Source of the DNA: Octopus bimaculoides
Taxonomy: Eukaryota
DNA length: 64,000 nt
Assembly (NCBI RefSeq): GCF_001194135.2
Contig: NC_068983.1
Span: 105,470,854 to 105,534,853 of the forward strand
Direction of reading: 5' to 3'
Of this stretch, positions 53,513 through 64,000 are shown in pieces (the first letter of the stretch is position 1; every line of letters starts with the position of its first letter). A model generated the notes under the pieces. The model was not told the DNA's origin. It was given only the letters and a program-made list of their open reading frames with translations, and did no database searches. A program made the translations under genes and the position numbers.

Positions 53513-56242
53513 CCATATGCACATACATGTACATATTCACACAAAATTTACTTTGTTCAGCTTATGTTTATTGAATACTTTCACAAAGCATTAGCTGGCC
53601 TAGGGCTATAGTAGAGGATACTTACTCTTGGTGTATGCAACCTTTCAAAGTAAATTCTTTAACTACACAACCATGTTTGTGTCTGTAGATAAACAATTTG
53701 AATATTAAACATGTATTTTTATATTGTATTTATTAATTTTGTACATTTGTTTTCGCAGGAAAAGTTATGGCTTGAGTGGGAGAACATTAAGAAAGATGCC
53801 ATTTATTGCTCATGCTCTGTTTTTGAGGGTATGTTTAAGTATATTGCATTTTCTTTGATCAATTTAAGTATAATCTAAATTCTTTTTTTAACAAAATATT
53901 GCACTATATATGCTTAACATGAAGAATTGAATTAACTTTTAAGCCATATTCTGTTGTAACATTAATTGAAATGTTTGAAAATATTTGCTGTCTCCATCAC
54001 CATATTATTGTGGCCAGGACCCATGCTTTGTGACACTGCAAGCTCCCATGTATTGGTATATCACATTCTCACTTTCACCGAGTTTGTAACTGAAACCACT
54101 CCATCGGAGTTTGCAGTCAAACTGCTCCCAAAGATATGCAGTTGACTGGGACTCCCCAGTGTGTTTCTAGACAGGTCAGGTTCATTACTGATGCTCATTG
54201 TTGACTGGTAGCAATGGGTGGCTTTTCATATAAACCTGACACTCCTCACTACCACCATCATGCAGAATGAAGGCAGGAGCACGTGTACAGCTTGCTATAT
54301 AATCAAGCATAAAATGGGAGAGGCATTTTAGTTCAACCCATTGGTTTGCTATGCCTGCTCTGAAGGAGAAGCAATAGCCCCAGTTTTGGGAGCAGCACAA
54401 AGTGACTTGTGAACATTGCATGCCTGATGTTAATGGATCTTCTCTGTCTTCATCTTAACTATAACTCCCACCATCACAATCACCACCATATCCTCTTTAC
54501 TCATCGTGTGTCATCTATTTACATGATCTATTGATCAAGAGCAATCATCTTCCTTCCAGGAAGCAGCCAGTATCTTAGTTTAAAGAAATGATATAATATT
54601 ACTGTCTTGTACTCAACATTTTACTCAAGTTCACATTGCACACCCAACAGATTATGCTGAGATAAATCCTCTATAATCATGACTGTGGTTCTGCTTGTAA
54701 TTCTCACATTTCATTTCTGTGGAATATAGGAATTCTGACAGACACATCAGCCTGGTTGTGTGTGTGTCTTCCTGCATTTCATCAGAGGCAAATAAAAGGG
54801 TTGGCAACACAAAGACCATCCAACTGTAAAACACTGCTTCAAAGAAAGAAAAACTCCTCAAAACATTCAACTTATGTCAGCATGGAAAAGCAGACACAAA
54901 AAATAATGATGATGGTGGTGATTTATAGCAGAAAGCTTTTGTGCAGCTTCTTTCATAAGACATCAAGGCTATCGTAGAAAACACTTTTCCAAGGTGTCCT
55001 GCAATGATATTGAACCCAGAACCATGTGGTCACAAAGCAAATTTCTTAGTTATACAACCATGTCTGCAGCTATGGTTCCAATAGAAAATTGAAACTAATC
55101 AATGGCATTCACTACATGATTTACTAAAATTATTCATTTCTAGAATTATAGTAATTGATGAAATTTGAGGGGCAAATACAGTGTCCAGCCTTTTAAAACC
55201 ATATTTGATTATATTGAGACATTTAGAGAAAGTGTTTTAATTTTCTCATCGTGTAGCATGGCTACATTTTTTTCACCATCTGCTCAATGTTATGCAGATC
55301 TTTTATTTCCTGTTAATCCAAATCTACTAATTATCACACTTGATTATAAGGACTATATGGTATAATGAATTGAACTGAGTATACCTTGGTCTATTAGTAG
55401 CTCCCTTAATAGAGCTTATTCTATGGAGACATATAAAACATAATTCTAAACTGTCCAGTTATAAAAAAAGGCAATCAGAGTAATTGTATACAAATTGGTG
55501 TCATATTTATGTAATTAGCTATTTCAAACCATACTTTAAAAAATGAATATTAGTGATGGAAATTAATACTGAATGGCAAGCTTTATGTCCTACTTAACAT
55601 GCATGTTAAAATGTCATATTATTGTGATATTTGCCTTGAGAGATTTTGTCATATAGACATACAGTGCTAAAAGCACATACATATGGTTAGCAGATGATAA
55701 TCATCTAGTGTGGCTGAACCACTAGATCACCTGATTTCAGTGTACCTGCTCTTCATCAGTAGTAAGCATTCAGACACAGCATGCCAGCCAAATTCCATCA
55801 CCAATGATATATAGAAAAACAGTGATTATTCAGTTACTGATGTTGGAAATAACTGGCAGGTACTTTAAAAAATAAATGTACTTTAACCCTTTAATATTCA
55901 GATTTCTCTATCAAATATAATGCTTTGAATTAATCATGCATTACCTTATAGCTTTGAGATTTTAGTGATGTGATTGTTTATTTTTAGAATAATATTGTAG
56001 AATAAGTGTGAGAGGCCAGATGTGGCCAGTTTGAAGATAAAACAAATAGATTATTTTGGCTGGATATGGCCGGTTTGAATGCTAAAGAGTTAAAGAACAA
56101 AATTTTTTTTTCACTACTTTAATCTACATATTTTGTTCATGTTTAGGTTTCATCGTCGACGTTGGAAGTGTATCTGGACGCTCTTGACAAAGCTGTTGAC
56201 AATCAGTTTACTCAACAAAATAATTTGTGTAAGGACAATTAA
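32340..56242 (+). CDS. TRIP13: Pachytene checkpoint protein 2 homolog / TRIP13 AAA+ ATPase, 11 coding exons, 429 aa
   Basis: join(32340..32425,35678..35843,36823..37005,38710..38800,41171..41307,43799..43885,45115..45221,45517..45670,52175..52287,53759..53828,56147..56242) = 1290 nt, GT-AG introns, phases consistent. Walker [17 protein letters not shown], Walker [44 protein letters not shown]. Confidence 0.96.
33659..33812 (+). mobile_element. Family A SINE, head partly deleted (TRIP13 intron 1)
   Basis: AAGGCGGCTAACTGGCAGAA..GAGTTCAAATTCC..GGTCGACTTTGCCTTTCATCC. Confidence 0.8.
35678..35843 (+). CDS. TRIP13: TRIP13 exon 2
   Basis: CAG|C ATT GCT...CAG|GTATAT; [11 protein letters not shown]...TEFDDEDL; 166 nt. 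Confidence 0.9.
36823..37005 (+). CDS. TRIP13: TRIP13 exon 3
   Basis: [22 protein letters not shown]...[24 protein letters not shown]|GTAAGA; 183 nt. Confidence 0.93.
37280..38610 (+). mobile_element. Old decayed RTE LINE (TRIP13 intron 3)
   Basis: [61 protein letters not shown]. Confidence 0.8.
38710..38800 (+). CDS. TRIP13: TRIP13 exon 4
   Basis: [31 protein letters not shown]|GTAAGC; 91 nt. Confidence 0.96.
39926..40310 (+). mobile_element. Family B SINE (tRNA-like head, internal TG microsatellite)
   Basis: GTGTGGTAAGAAGCTTGCTT..CCTTGGACAAGTGTCTTCTACT..(TG)n..GACTGAAACAAGTAAAAG-like tail. Confidence 0.75.
40548..40756. mobile_element. piggyBac-type MITE, left tip lost
   Basis: Body homologous to the 58546 copy; ends AATGTTGAAGGG|TTAA. 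Confidence 0.75.
41171..41307 (+). CDS. TRIP13: TRIP13 exon 5 (Walker A)
   Basis: TAG|GA CCA CCA GGG ACT GGG AAA ACT...TCA GAA|GTAAGA; 137 nt. Confidence 0.97.
43799..43885 (+). CDS. TRIP13: TRIP13 exon 6 (Walker B)
   Basis: [29 protein letters not shown]|GTAAGT; 87 nt. Confidence 0.97.
45115..45221 (+). CDS. TRIP13: TRIP13 exon 7
   Basis: [35 protein letters not shown]; 107 nt. Confidence 0.97.
45517..45670 (+). CDS. TRIP13: TRIP13 exon 8
   Basis: [51 protein letters not shown]|GTATGT; 154 nt. Confidence 0.97.
46080..46600 (+). mobile_element. Family B SINE carrying an inserted RTE 3'-tail segment (46240-46370)
   Basis: Family B head to 46238, then GGGCATCCAGCTGTAGAAAC...GACGTTAAAC(GAT)n, then the family B microsatellite and tail. 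Confidence 0.8.
49868..51220 (-). mobile_element. 5'-truncated RTE-clade LINE (TRIP13 intron 8)
   Basis: Minus strand: [48 protein letters not shown]; (GAT)n tail seen as CATCATCAT at 49868. Confidence 0.9.
51400..51780 (+). mobile_element. CR1/Jockey-like LINE 3' fragment
   Basis: DILDCIQKK.. and [20 protein letters not shown] resemble the terminal ORF2 motifs. Confidence 0.45.
52175..52287 (+). CDS. TRIP13: TRIP13 exon 9
   Basis: [37 protein letters not shown]; CA|GTGAGT; 113 nt. Confidence 0.93.
52956..53468. mobile_element. Long-TIR foldback MITE (about 150-bp TIRs, TA-flanked) in TRIP13 intron 9
   Basis: Arms about 52956-53106 and 53318-53468; the central about 85 bp are an exact inverse match; internal subrepeat AAAAGTA(C/T)AGGACAAG(T/C)TATTAC. 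Confidence 0.85.
53759..53828 (+). CDS. TRIP13: TRIP13 exon 10
   Basis: [23 protein letters not shown]|GTATGT; 70 nt. Confidence 0.96.
55887..56089. mobile_element. piggyBac-type MITE in the last TRIP13 intron
   Basis: TTAA|CCCTTTAATATTC...GAATGCTAAAGAG|TTAA. Confidence 0.85.
56147..56242 (+). CDS. TRIP13: TRIP13 exon 11 (terminal)
   Basis: [31 protein letters not shown]; 96 nt. Confidence 0.92.
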   Translation, partial: VSSSTLEVYLDALDKAVDNQFTQQNNLCKDN

Positions 56243-57600
56243 AGTGATGTTTTACTGGAATCTAAGCATATGTGTGTTTATTTACATGTATGTGTGAATG
56301 GAAAAGAACTTTTGGACAGAAAATTAAAAATACTTGACTTGAAAAAAAGAAAACAAAAATCTATATGAATAACTAAACTTTTCTCCTTACTGTGTATGCA
56401 TGTAAATAGATGAATATATATGTGTGTATATGTACATAAGAATGTTTGTATGTGCATGTAAGCTTATGTGTGTGTATGTGATGTAAGTTGTGTAAACATT
56501 AAAGTGTTTTATACTGACATGTGGTATGTAAGCTTTATGTGTGTATGTGTATATTGTGAGTATATACAGCCATAGCGAAAAGTTTGGTATGTTTTTTTCA
56601 AAATTAAAATTCTTATGCCCAATATATGCTCCAACCAAATATAACTTGGAGCATTTAATATAAAAATTCTAATTTACAGACCTATGTTCCAAACTTTTGG
56701 CCACAACTGTAAATATGTATGTGTATTGTGTATGCATATAAGTATAAATGTGTGGTAAGAGTAAAACAAAAACACATTTGTTATGAATGTTTAAAATGAA
56801 TGTTGGACCCACAAAACCTTTTGTTGAAACTATAATTCAGCAATGTATTTTGTTCGGTATGACACATTGCTGTTACCTCACTCATCCTACCTCTGACTAG
56901 CTAATAATATGCACACATTAAAGTTATTGCATTGCTGCAATGATTCATCTATGCTACAATTCCATATTTACAGACTCATCCTGTCTATCATAGTTCTCTG
57001 GTTTCTCTTTCTCCTTATGCCTGTATTTATTTTTTTTTTTTTAATGTACATTCTCCCATTCATGTTAAATACACAGGCAAGAGATGATGATGAAAAATAA
57101 GTGTCCTGTGAGGCCAGCTAACATACCTATGTTGGTTTTTGTAACTTTCACTTACACCTCTAATAACACAACATCCTCGTTCCTTTCACCTGTAAATAAT
57201 AGACCTTGTTCATATGTTAAGATTTAATATTAATAAAGAAATACGTGTGCATGCACACACACACAGACACACTATATATATATATGTATGTATATATATA
57301 TATATATAATGATAGACTCTCCCATTGAAGACGACATAAATGGTTTGTTTATAGTGATCAAATGTTCATGCTGAACATCATCCATTATCTCTTCTCTCCA
57401 TTTAATCAATGTTGTCTGAACAGGTGCATGGTGTATCATGCATCAGGTGTCAAAGTGATTGCAGAGCATCATGAGATGAAGTGTTTTACTCAAGAACACC
57501 TTGCATTTGGTCAAGGAACTGAAACCACAATCTAGCAATCATGAGTGCAACACCCTCACCACTAAGCCATGTGCCCCTCCCCACAATATACACATGTGCG

Positions 57601-57654
<54 letters not shown>

Positions 57655-58545
57655 GGGCATAGGCTTGAAACATAAAATACTTTTTCTTTTTTCCCAAGTG
57701 TCAAACTAATACACTTGCTTGTTGTTCATACACCTGTCTTCATATTTTGTTTTTCTATAAATTTCAACTATATATATATATATATTCTTTTACTGGTTTC
57801 AGCCATTGGGTTGCAAGCAAACTGGGGTACTGCCTTCAAGGGATTTTTTTAAAATTTTTCATAGCTGATTATATTGTTTGTATTTGAAAGAAATCAGACA
57901 TTTGATCTCAAATTTCTTAAGACATGGCCCATAACTTCTGGAAATGATCAAGATTTCATCTTAATTGTGATATTCTTGTGTTACAGTTTTAAATGACTGC
58001 CATTTTACACATTTGTTTAAATAATTATCACTGGTTTTTTTTTTTTTTTAATTTCTTTATTCCAAATGTTACCCAATATTTATATTTTTATGTTTTTGTA
58101 AACTCAATTTTCTTTTCATTCATGAAATTATGAATATCATTACCTTTTATTTTAGCATGATTTAGTAATTTAACTTAAATTACTATTTTGAAAAACACTT
58201 AAATACAAAATTGTTCAAAATTACATATTCTATTTTAGATTGAATAAACATTTTTTCCCCTTTTATTATACATATCAACATTGTTTTTTAAAAATCTAAT
58301 AGTAAATTTGACAAAGAACTCTGTCAAAACTAATTAATATTATATTTGGGTTAATTTGATCATTTTGTCATCAAAATCATTGGTTAAACTCACAAAGTTG
58401 GCATTGGAGAAATGAGTGAATCAAACCAGATCAGTTGCAAACTGCTACTCTTATTACTGTTTGCAATAAGAATAAGTTATTGCTTGAACTTTTATTCAAG
58501 ATAAATTGTTGACCCTCAAGGGATATTGTCAAACATATCTCTTAA

Positions 58546-58767
58546 CCCTTTAGCATTCAGATTACTCTGTCAAATGTAATGCTTATTTATTCACATTGTC
58601 TAAAATTAATCATAAATTATGTCATAGTTTTGAGATTTTGATGATGTGATTGCTTACTTTTTAGAATTATATTGTAGGGTAGGTGTGAGAGGCTAGATCT
58701 GGCTAGATTTAACATAAAACAGGTAGAATATCTGAGCCAGATATGGCCAGTTTAAATGCTATAAGGG
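58546..58767. mobile_element. piggyBac-type MITE, complete (222 bp)
   Basis: TTAA|CCCTTTAGCATT...AATGCTATAAGGG|TTAA; CCC/GGG termini with a TTAA TSD. Confidence 0.9.
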
Positions 58768-59147
58768 TTAATGATATTTTGGGGCTACTATATTGAAATG
58801 GAAGTTAACACGGGAGCATCTTTTTACTGATCAGCTACACTACGTTTGCTAGCCTGTGGAATGAACCTGAGAAGCTAAACTCAAACTCACAACACAGAAG
58901 CTTTCAAACTATTCTGGAGAAAGTATCACACCATGTGGTGTTTATGAAGTGCTATGGACTATGATGGCCAATATTTTTGTCTACTGTTTGTAATTATACT
59001 CAGTGATGGCCCTCGAATGTCTGGGTAAGAAGTGGCTGCAAATTGGGTAATTTAGTTGGAAACATCTGTTAAGTCAGTACTTTTGAACAAAATCGAAACT
59101 AAATTATAATGAGATAAAATTACAAATTTCTATTAAGTATGATATGC

Positions 59148-59369
59148 TTTCACTTGTTTCAGTCATTTGACTGCAGTCATGCTGGAGCACAACCTTTAAG
59201 GGTCTTTTAGTCGAAGAAATCGACCCAGGACTTATTCTTTGTAAGCCAAGTACTTATTCTATCAGTCTCTTTTGCTAAACTGCTAAGTTACAGAGATGTA
59301 AACACACCAACATCAGTTGTCAAGTGATGGTGGGAGGAAAAACACAGGCACAAAGAGACACACAGATAA

Positions 59370-59402
<33 letters not shown>

Positions 59403-59416
59403 TATATATACACACC

Positions 59417-59464
<48 letters not shown>

Positions 59465-59616
59465 TACATACAATGGGCTATTTTCAGTTTCCATCTACCA
59501 AATCAAATTCACTCACAAGGCTTTGGACGGCCCGAGGCTAAAGTAGACACTTGCCCAAGGTGCCACACAGAGGGACTGAACCTAGAATCATATGGTTGGG
59601 AAGCAAGCTTCTTACC
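59148..59616 (-). mobile_element. Family B SINE with an expanded internal (CA)/(TA) microsatellite
   Basis: Reverse complement matches the copies at 39926, 46080 and 60678. Confidence 0.8.
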
Positions 59617-59960
59617 TAGTGAAAATTTTAAGTCTTCAAGTCAAATCTAACAAATGTAGAACCTATTAGTGAAATATCTGAGTTTGTTGGAATAAAACGT
59701 TTTGAATGTTTCTCAAGGTATTTGACAATTATTGAATTGGATGAAAATGGACAAAATGTAGATATTTCTGACATGCCTGTTCATGGTAGAAATTATGGAA
59801 TTTTTCACATTTAAGTTGAAATTTTGTGGGGGTCTAACAGATGCAGCAACTAAAGCTCAAACTATCACTGTTACTTTTGGAGTAATCAGAATTAATATTT
59901 CTCAAGAAATTTCACAATAAATTGGATGGTTAAGAATAAAATTTCAAATTTGTCTTGATA

Positions 59961-60331
59961 TTGTTGTTGGCACTCCGTCGCTTATGACGTCGAGGGTTCC
60001 AGTTGATCCAATCAACGGAACAGCCTGCTCGTGAAATTAACGTGCCAGTGGCTGAGCACTCCACAGACACGTGTACCCTTAACTTAGTTCTTGGGGATAT
60101 TCAGCGTGACACAGTGTGACAAGGCTGACCCTTTGAATTACAGGCACAGCAGAAACAGGAAGTAAGAGTTAGAGAAAGTTGTGGTGAAAGAGTATAGCAG
60201 GGTTCGCCACCATCCCCTGCCAGAGCCTCATGGAGCTTTAGGTGTTTTTCACTCAATAAACACTCACAACGCCCAGTCTGGGAATCGAAACCGCGAGTCC
60301 GCTGCCCTAACCACTGGGCCATTGCGCCTCC
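59961..60331 (-). mobile_element. tRNA-derived SINE, family D
   Basis: Minus-strand head GGAGGCGCAATGGCCCAGTGGTTAGGGCAGCGGACTCGCGGTTTCGATTCCC; (CAA)n tail. Confidence 0.8.
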
Positions 60332-60414
60332 ACTGTCTTGATATAGCATTAGTGAAAATTTTAACTTTTCATGTCTATAAACAAAAGGCTCATCTAATTG
60401 TTTGTTTTCAGATG

Positions 60415-60600
60415 AGACCTGACACAACTCTGCTTTTCACTTTTGCAGATTATAACTTCCATTTAGACCAACATTTGAAAAGACACTCACTACATCCCAA
60501 TATCGGTTACTGAATAAAATAGTTCAATTCCCCAACAATTAATCCATTTCCACATAGACAATTGTATGTAGCTCTGTCAACAACAAGAGCGAGTGTTGCA
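60415..60600 (+). mobile_element. Helitron/PIF1-like helicase C-terminal remnant
   Basis: PDTTLLFTF / RL*LPFRPTFEKTLTTSQYRLLNKI / FPHRQLYVALS (60547-60579) align in order with the family consensus SD..LPF.F.R.QFP.RPAFAMTINKSQGQTL..V...FSHGQLYVALS. Confidence 0.6.
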
Positions 60601-60677
60601 GATAAGAGTGACAGTGTCCAATGAAGATTTCTAGCATTAAAACACATCTGGATATTTTTGCAGTCAAAATTTATATA

Positions 60678-61070
60678 GGCGTAACTGTATGGTAAGAAGC
60701 TTGCTTCCCAACCACATGGTTCCAGGTGCAGTCCCACTGCATAGTAACTTTGGCAAGTGTCTTCTACTATAACCTCAAGCTGACAAAAAAGGTTTTTGTT
60801 AGTGGATTTTGCAGACAGAAACTGAAAAGAACGTCATATATATATATATAATGTGTGTGTGTGTTTTTGTGTCCGTGTTTGTTCCCATCACCTCTGGACA
60901 ACTAGTGTTGGCATGTTTACATCACCATAGCATAGTGGTTCAGCAAAAGAAACCAATAGTATAAGTACTAGTCTTTAAAAAAAAAGCCTTGGGGGTCAAT
61001 TTGTTCAACTAAAATCCTTCGAGGCAGTGCTCCAGCATGGCTACAGTCAAATGACTGAAACAAGTAAAAG
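60678..61070 (+). mobile_element. Family B SINE
   Basis: Same head, microsatellite and GACTGAAACAAGTAAAAG tail as the other copies. Confidence 0.75.
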
Positions 61071-61289
61071 GACATACATTATTAGCAAAACAATGGAGAA
61101 ACTTGATACCACCTGCTGGAGTACTTCTCATATTAACCTATTTTAGTCAACTTTTTAACCAATAACTTCCAAGTTTCTGTCTACCAATTCCTCTCACTTG
61201 GTCACACCAATACCATTGTAGAAGACACCTACAGTATCACATTGCAAGAATGAACTAAAAAATATCACATGGTTGTGGGGCAAACTTTT

Positions 61290-61790
61290 TAACCGTCTGT
61301 TGTCCATGCTGACGTGGGTTGGACAGTTTGACTGGGCTGGCATGCTGGAAGGCTGCACCAGACTCCAGTTTGATTTGGTATGGTTTTCTGCGGCTGGATG
61401 CCCTTCCAAATGCCAACCACTCCAGGAGTGTAATAGGTGCCAATTACATAACACTGGTATCTGCCATGACTCATTTTGTTCGGCTTGATGGGTCTTCTCA
61501 AGCATGTCATAATGCCAAAGGTGCCTCTGTAAAGCCCAACACTCAAAAGGAACTCAACCACTTTGCCGAGGCCCAGTGCTTGAAAGATGTTCTTTACATG
61601 CCATCAGCATAGGTACACTTGACTTGATGGGTCCTCTCAAGCACAGCACATTGCTAACAGTCTCGGTCACTAGTCATTGCCTCTGTGAGGCTCAAAGTTC
61701 GAAGATCATGCTTCACCACCTCATTCCATGTCTTCCTGGGTCTACCTCTACCACAGGTTCCTTCCACAGTCAGAGATCAGCACTTCTCTT
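61290..61790 (-). mobile_element. RTE LINE 3' UTR fragment
   Basis: Homologous in reverse to the 3' UTRs at 17450-18100 and 26800-27350. Confidence 0.75.
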
Positions 61791-62639
61791 TGGATAATAT
61801 TTCACTTAATAGAGATTATTATTAGAAAGAAACAAGTTTTACATTATTATTACATCATTCATTCTAAAAAATATAAAACATTCCAGATGGAGTGGTAACT
61901 GCTAATAGTATCAAAATTACATAAAATAACATAACCCTGTTACTAGACCCAGACAGGAAATTAAAGTTAATCTAAAGTGGATTTAATTTATATGACGTTA
62001 CTCATATATTTTCAAATAGAAATAATATTCAAGAGAAATTCATATTTTTTTTAAAAGGTATAACAAATATCCACACATAAACCATAGTGTAAAGTCAGAT
62101 CTCAGACTCTTGGGCCTTACACTGAGATGACAATAGATGAAGACTATGTTAAGATATGCTTTATCATGGAATTTTATACCTTGTACAAATAAAAGTTGAT
62201 GATGGTATTGATACATGCAATTTTACATACAGTTTAACTATCAAATTACAGTTGATTCATGCTATAAAAGAAATTACAAACAACTAAATCCTTTTCATTA
62301 CAGGATATAAAATGTAAATTTAACAAGAAAATTTAATACACATGTGAAAGGATGCATATAAGATTTAGAATATATACATATATGATCACATACGATCTGA
62401 TGAAATATTTTCTGTTATAGTTTGAGTATTATATTTCAACTGTATGGTAATGTAATTTCAGATTTAGGACAAATACATTTCTCAGTTATCTGCCCACACT
62501 ATTGAAGGAATCAATAGTATCTTTTCTCTGGAAACTTCTATAATGGAATATGAGTATTCTGAATAAAAGCTTTTATTAAAAATATTACTGATAACTTAAT
62601 CTCACCAATGTAGATACATCTGCAATTATACAGAAGAGT

Positions 62640-63180
<541 letters not shown>

Positions 63181-63765
63181 ATAGCATGGTGTTTTGGTTG
63201 GCTATTCTCCCATGTTTCAATATCTCATCAGGAAAATCAATCCTTTTAAAATGTGCTTATATTCAAATTGTTTCTTACATAATTCATTTTCTATACTCTT
63301 TTGTTACCATAATATATAGATATTTTTCTTGTGTTAGGATTTATATCTGATTCCAAATAAATATTTTTTTCACTTATATTTGCATAAACTGTGATTTTTG
63401 TCAGTATCTGATCATGCTGCAAACAGTTACATACAAGAAGATTTATTAGGATTTAATCATTTTATAGGGATACTTATTTCAAGATGTCTTATAAGAGAAT
63501 CTTGTCTTGTAATGAGAGAAAAGTAAAATCTGTTCTCAAGACATATCTGCAAATGAAATTATTTGAACAGAAATCATTTATATATTCATGGTAATTTTTC
63601 CATGTTTGATTGGAATGTAAAATTATCCTAGCAGTAAAATAAAGAGCTGCTATTAATTTCAGTTCATAGGAAATGTTTCATGGTAAATCATCTATAGATT
63701 TGTATGTAAACATGATTATTACATATATCTTTAAAAAATTGTAAATATATAAATATATATATATA

Positions 63766-64000
63766 TCATCATCATCATCATCATCATCGTTTAACGTCCG
63801 CTTTCCATGCTAGCATGGGTTGGACGATTTGACTGAGGACTGGTGAAACCGGATGGCAACACCAGGCTCCAGTCTGATTTGGCAGAGTTTCTACAGCTGG
63901 ATGCCCTTCCTAACGCCAACCACTCAGAGAGTGTAGTGGGTGCTTTTACGTGTCACCCGCACGAAAACGGCCACGCTCGAAATGGTGTCTTTTATGTGCC
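63766..64000 (-). mobile_element. Young RTE-tail element (runs off the window end)
   Basis: (CAT)n then CGTTTAACGTCCGCTTTCCATGCTAGC...; only 4 differences over about 130 nt from the copy at 46240-46370. Confidence 0.85.

Noticed and set aside
54000-54430. GC-richer intronic block with the ORF at 54185-54421
   Set aside because: Probably old transposon debris, but no family motif could be assigned.

Overview
AT-rich, repeat-dense animal genomic DNA with small scaffold N-gaps. The repeat families and the decayed C2H2 zinc-finger array point to a cephalopod, probably Octopus (inference). Two intact multi-exon genes lie on the + strand, both reconstructed by hand with GT-AG introns and consistent phases: HSD17B10 (5 coding exons, 12123-21362, 259 aa) and TRIP13/pch2 (11 coding exons, 32340-56242, 429 aa). 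The rest is mostly transposon debris: a Gypsy-like remnant lacking RT/RNaseH, a DD37D (maT) mariner derivative, CR1/Jockey-type and RTE LINE fragments (RTE with a PHD-like finger inside RT), two converging Penelope-like GIY-YIG elements bracketing a tRNA-Thr(CGT) pseudogene, hAT, piggyBac, pogo and foldback MITEs, at least four tRNA-derived SINE families, a Helitron helicase remnant and a C2H2-ZNF pseudogene. The most notable items are a perfectly spaced CDE/CHR motif upstream of TRIP13, the Penelope pair with a shared 3' end that may hold a hammerhead relic, and intronic inverted repeats that could be ADAR substrates. I found no clearly new multi-gene system. Most ORFs in the supplied track are spurious. 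Repeat boundaries are approximate unless TIRs or TSDs are quoted.
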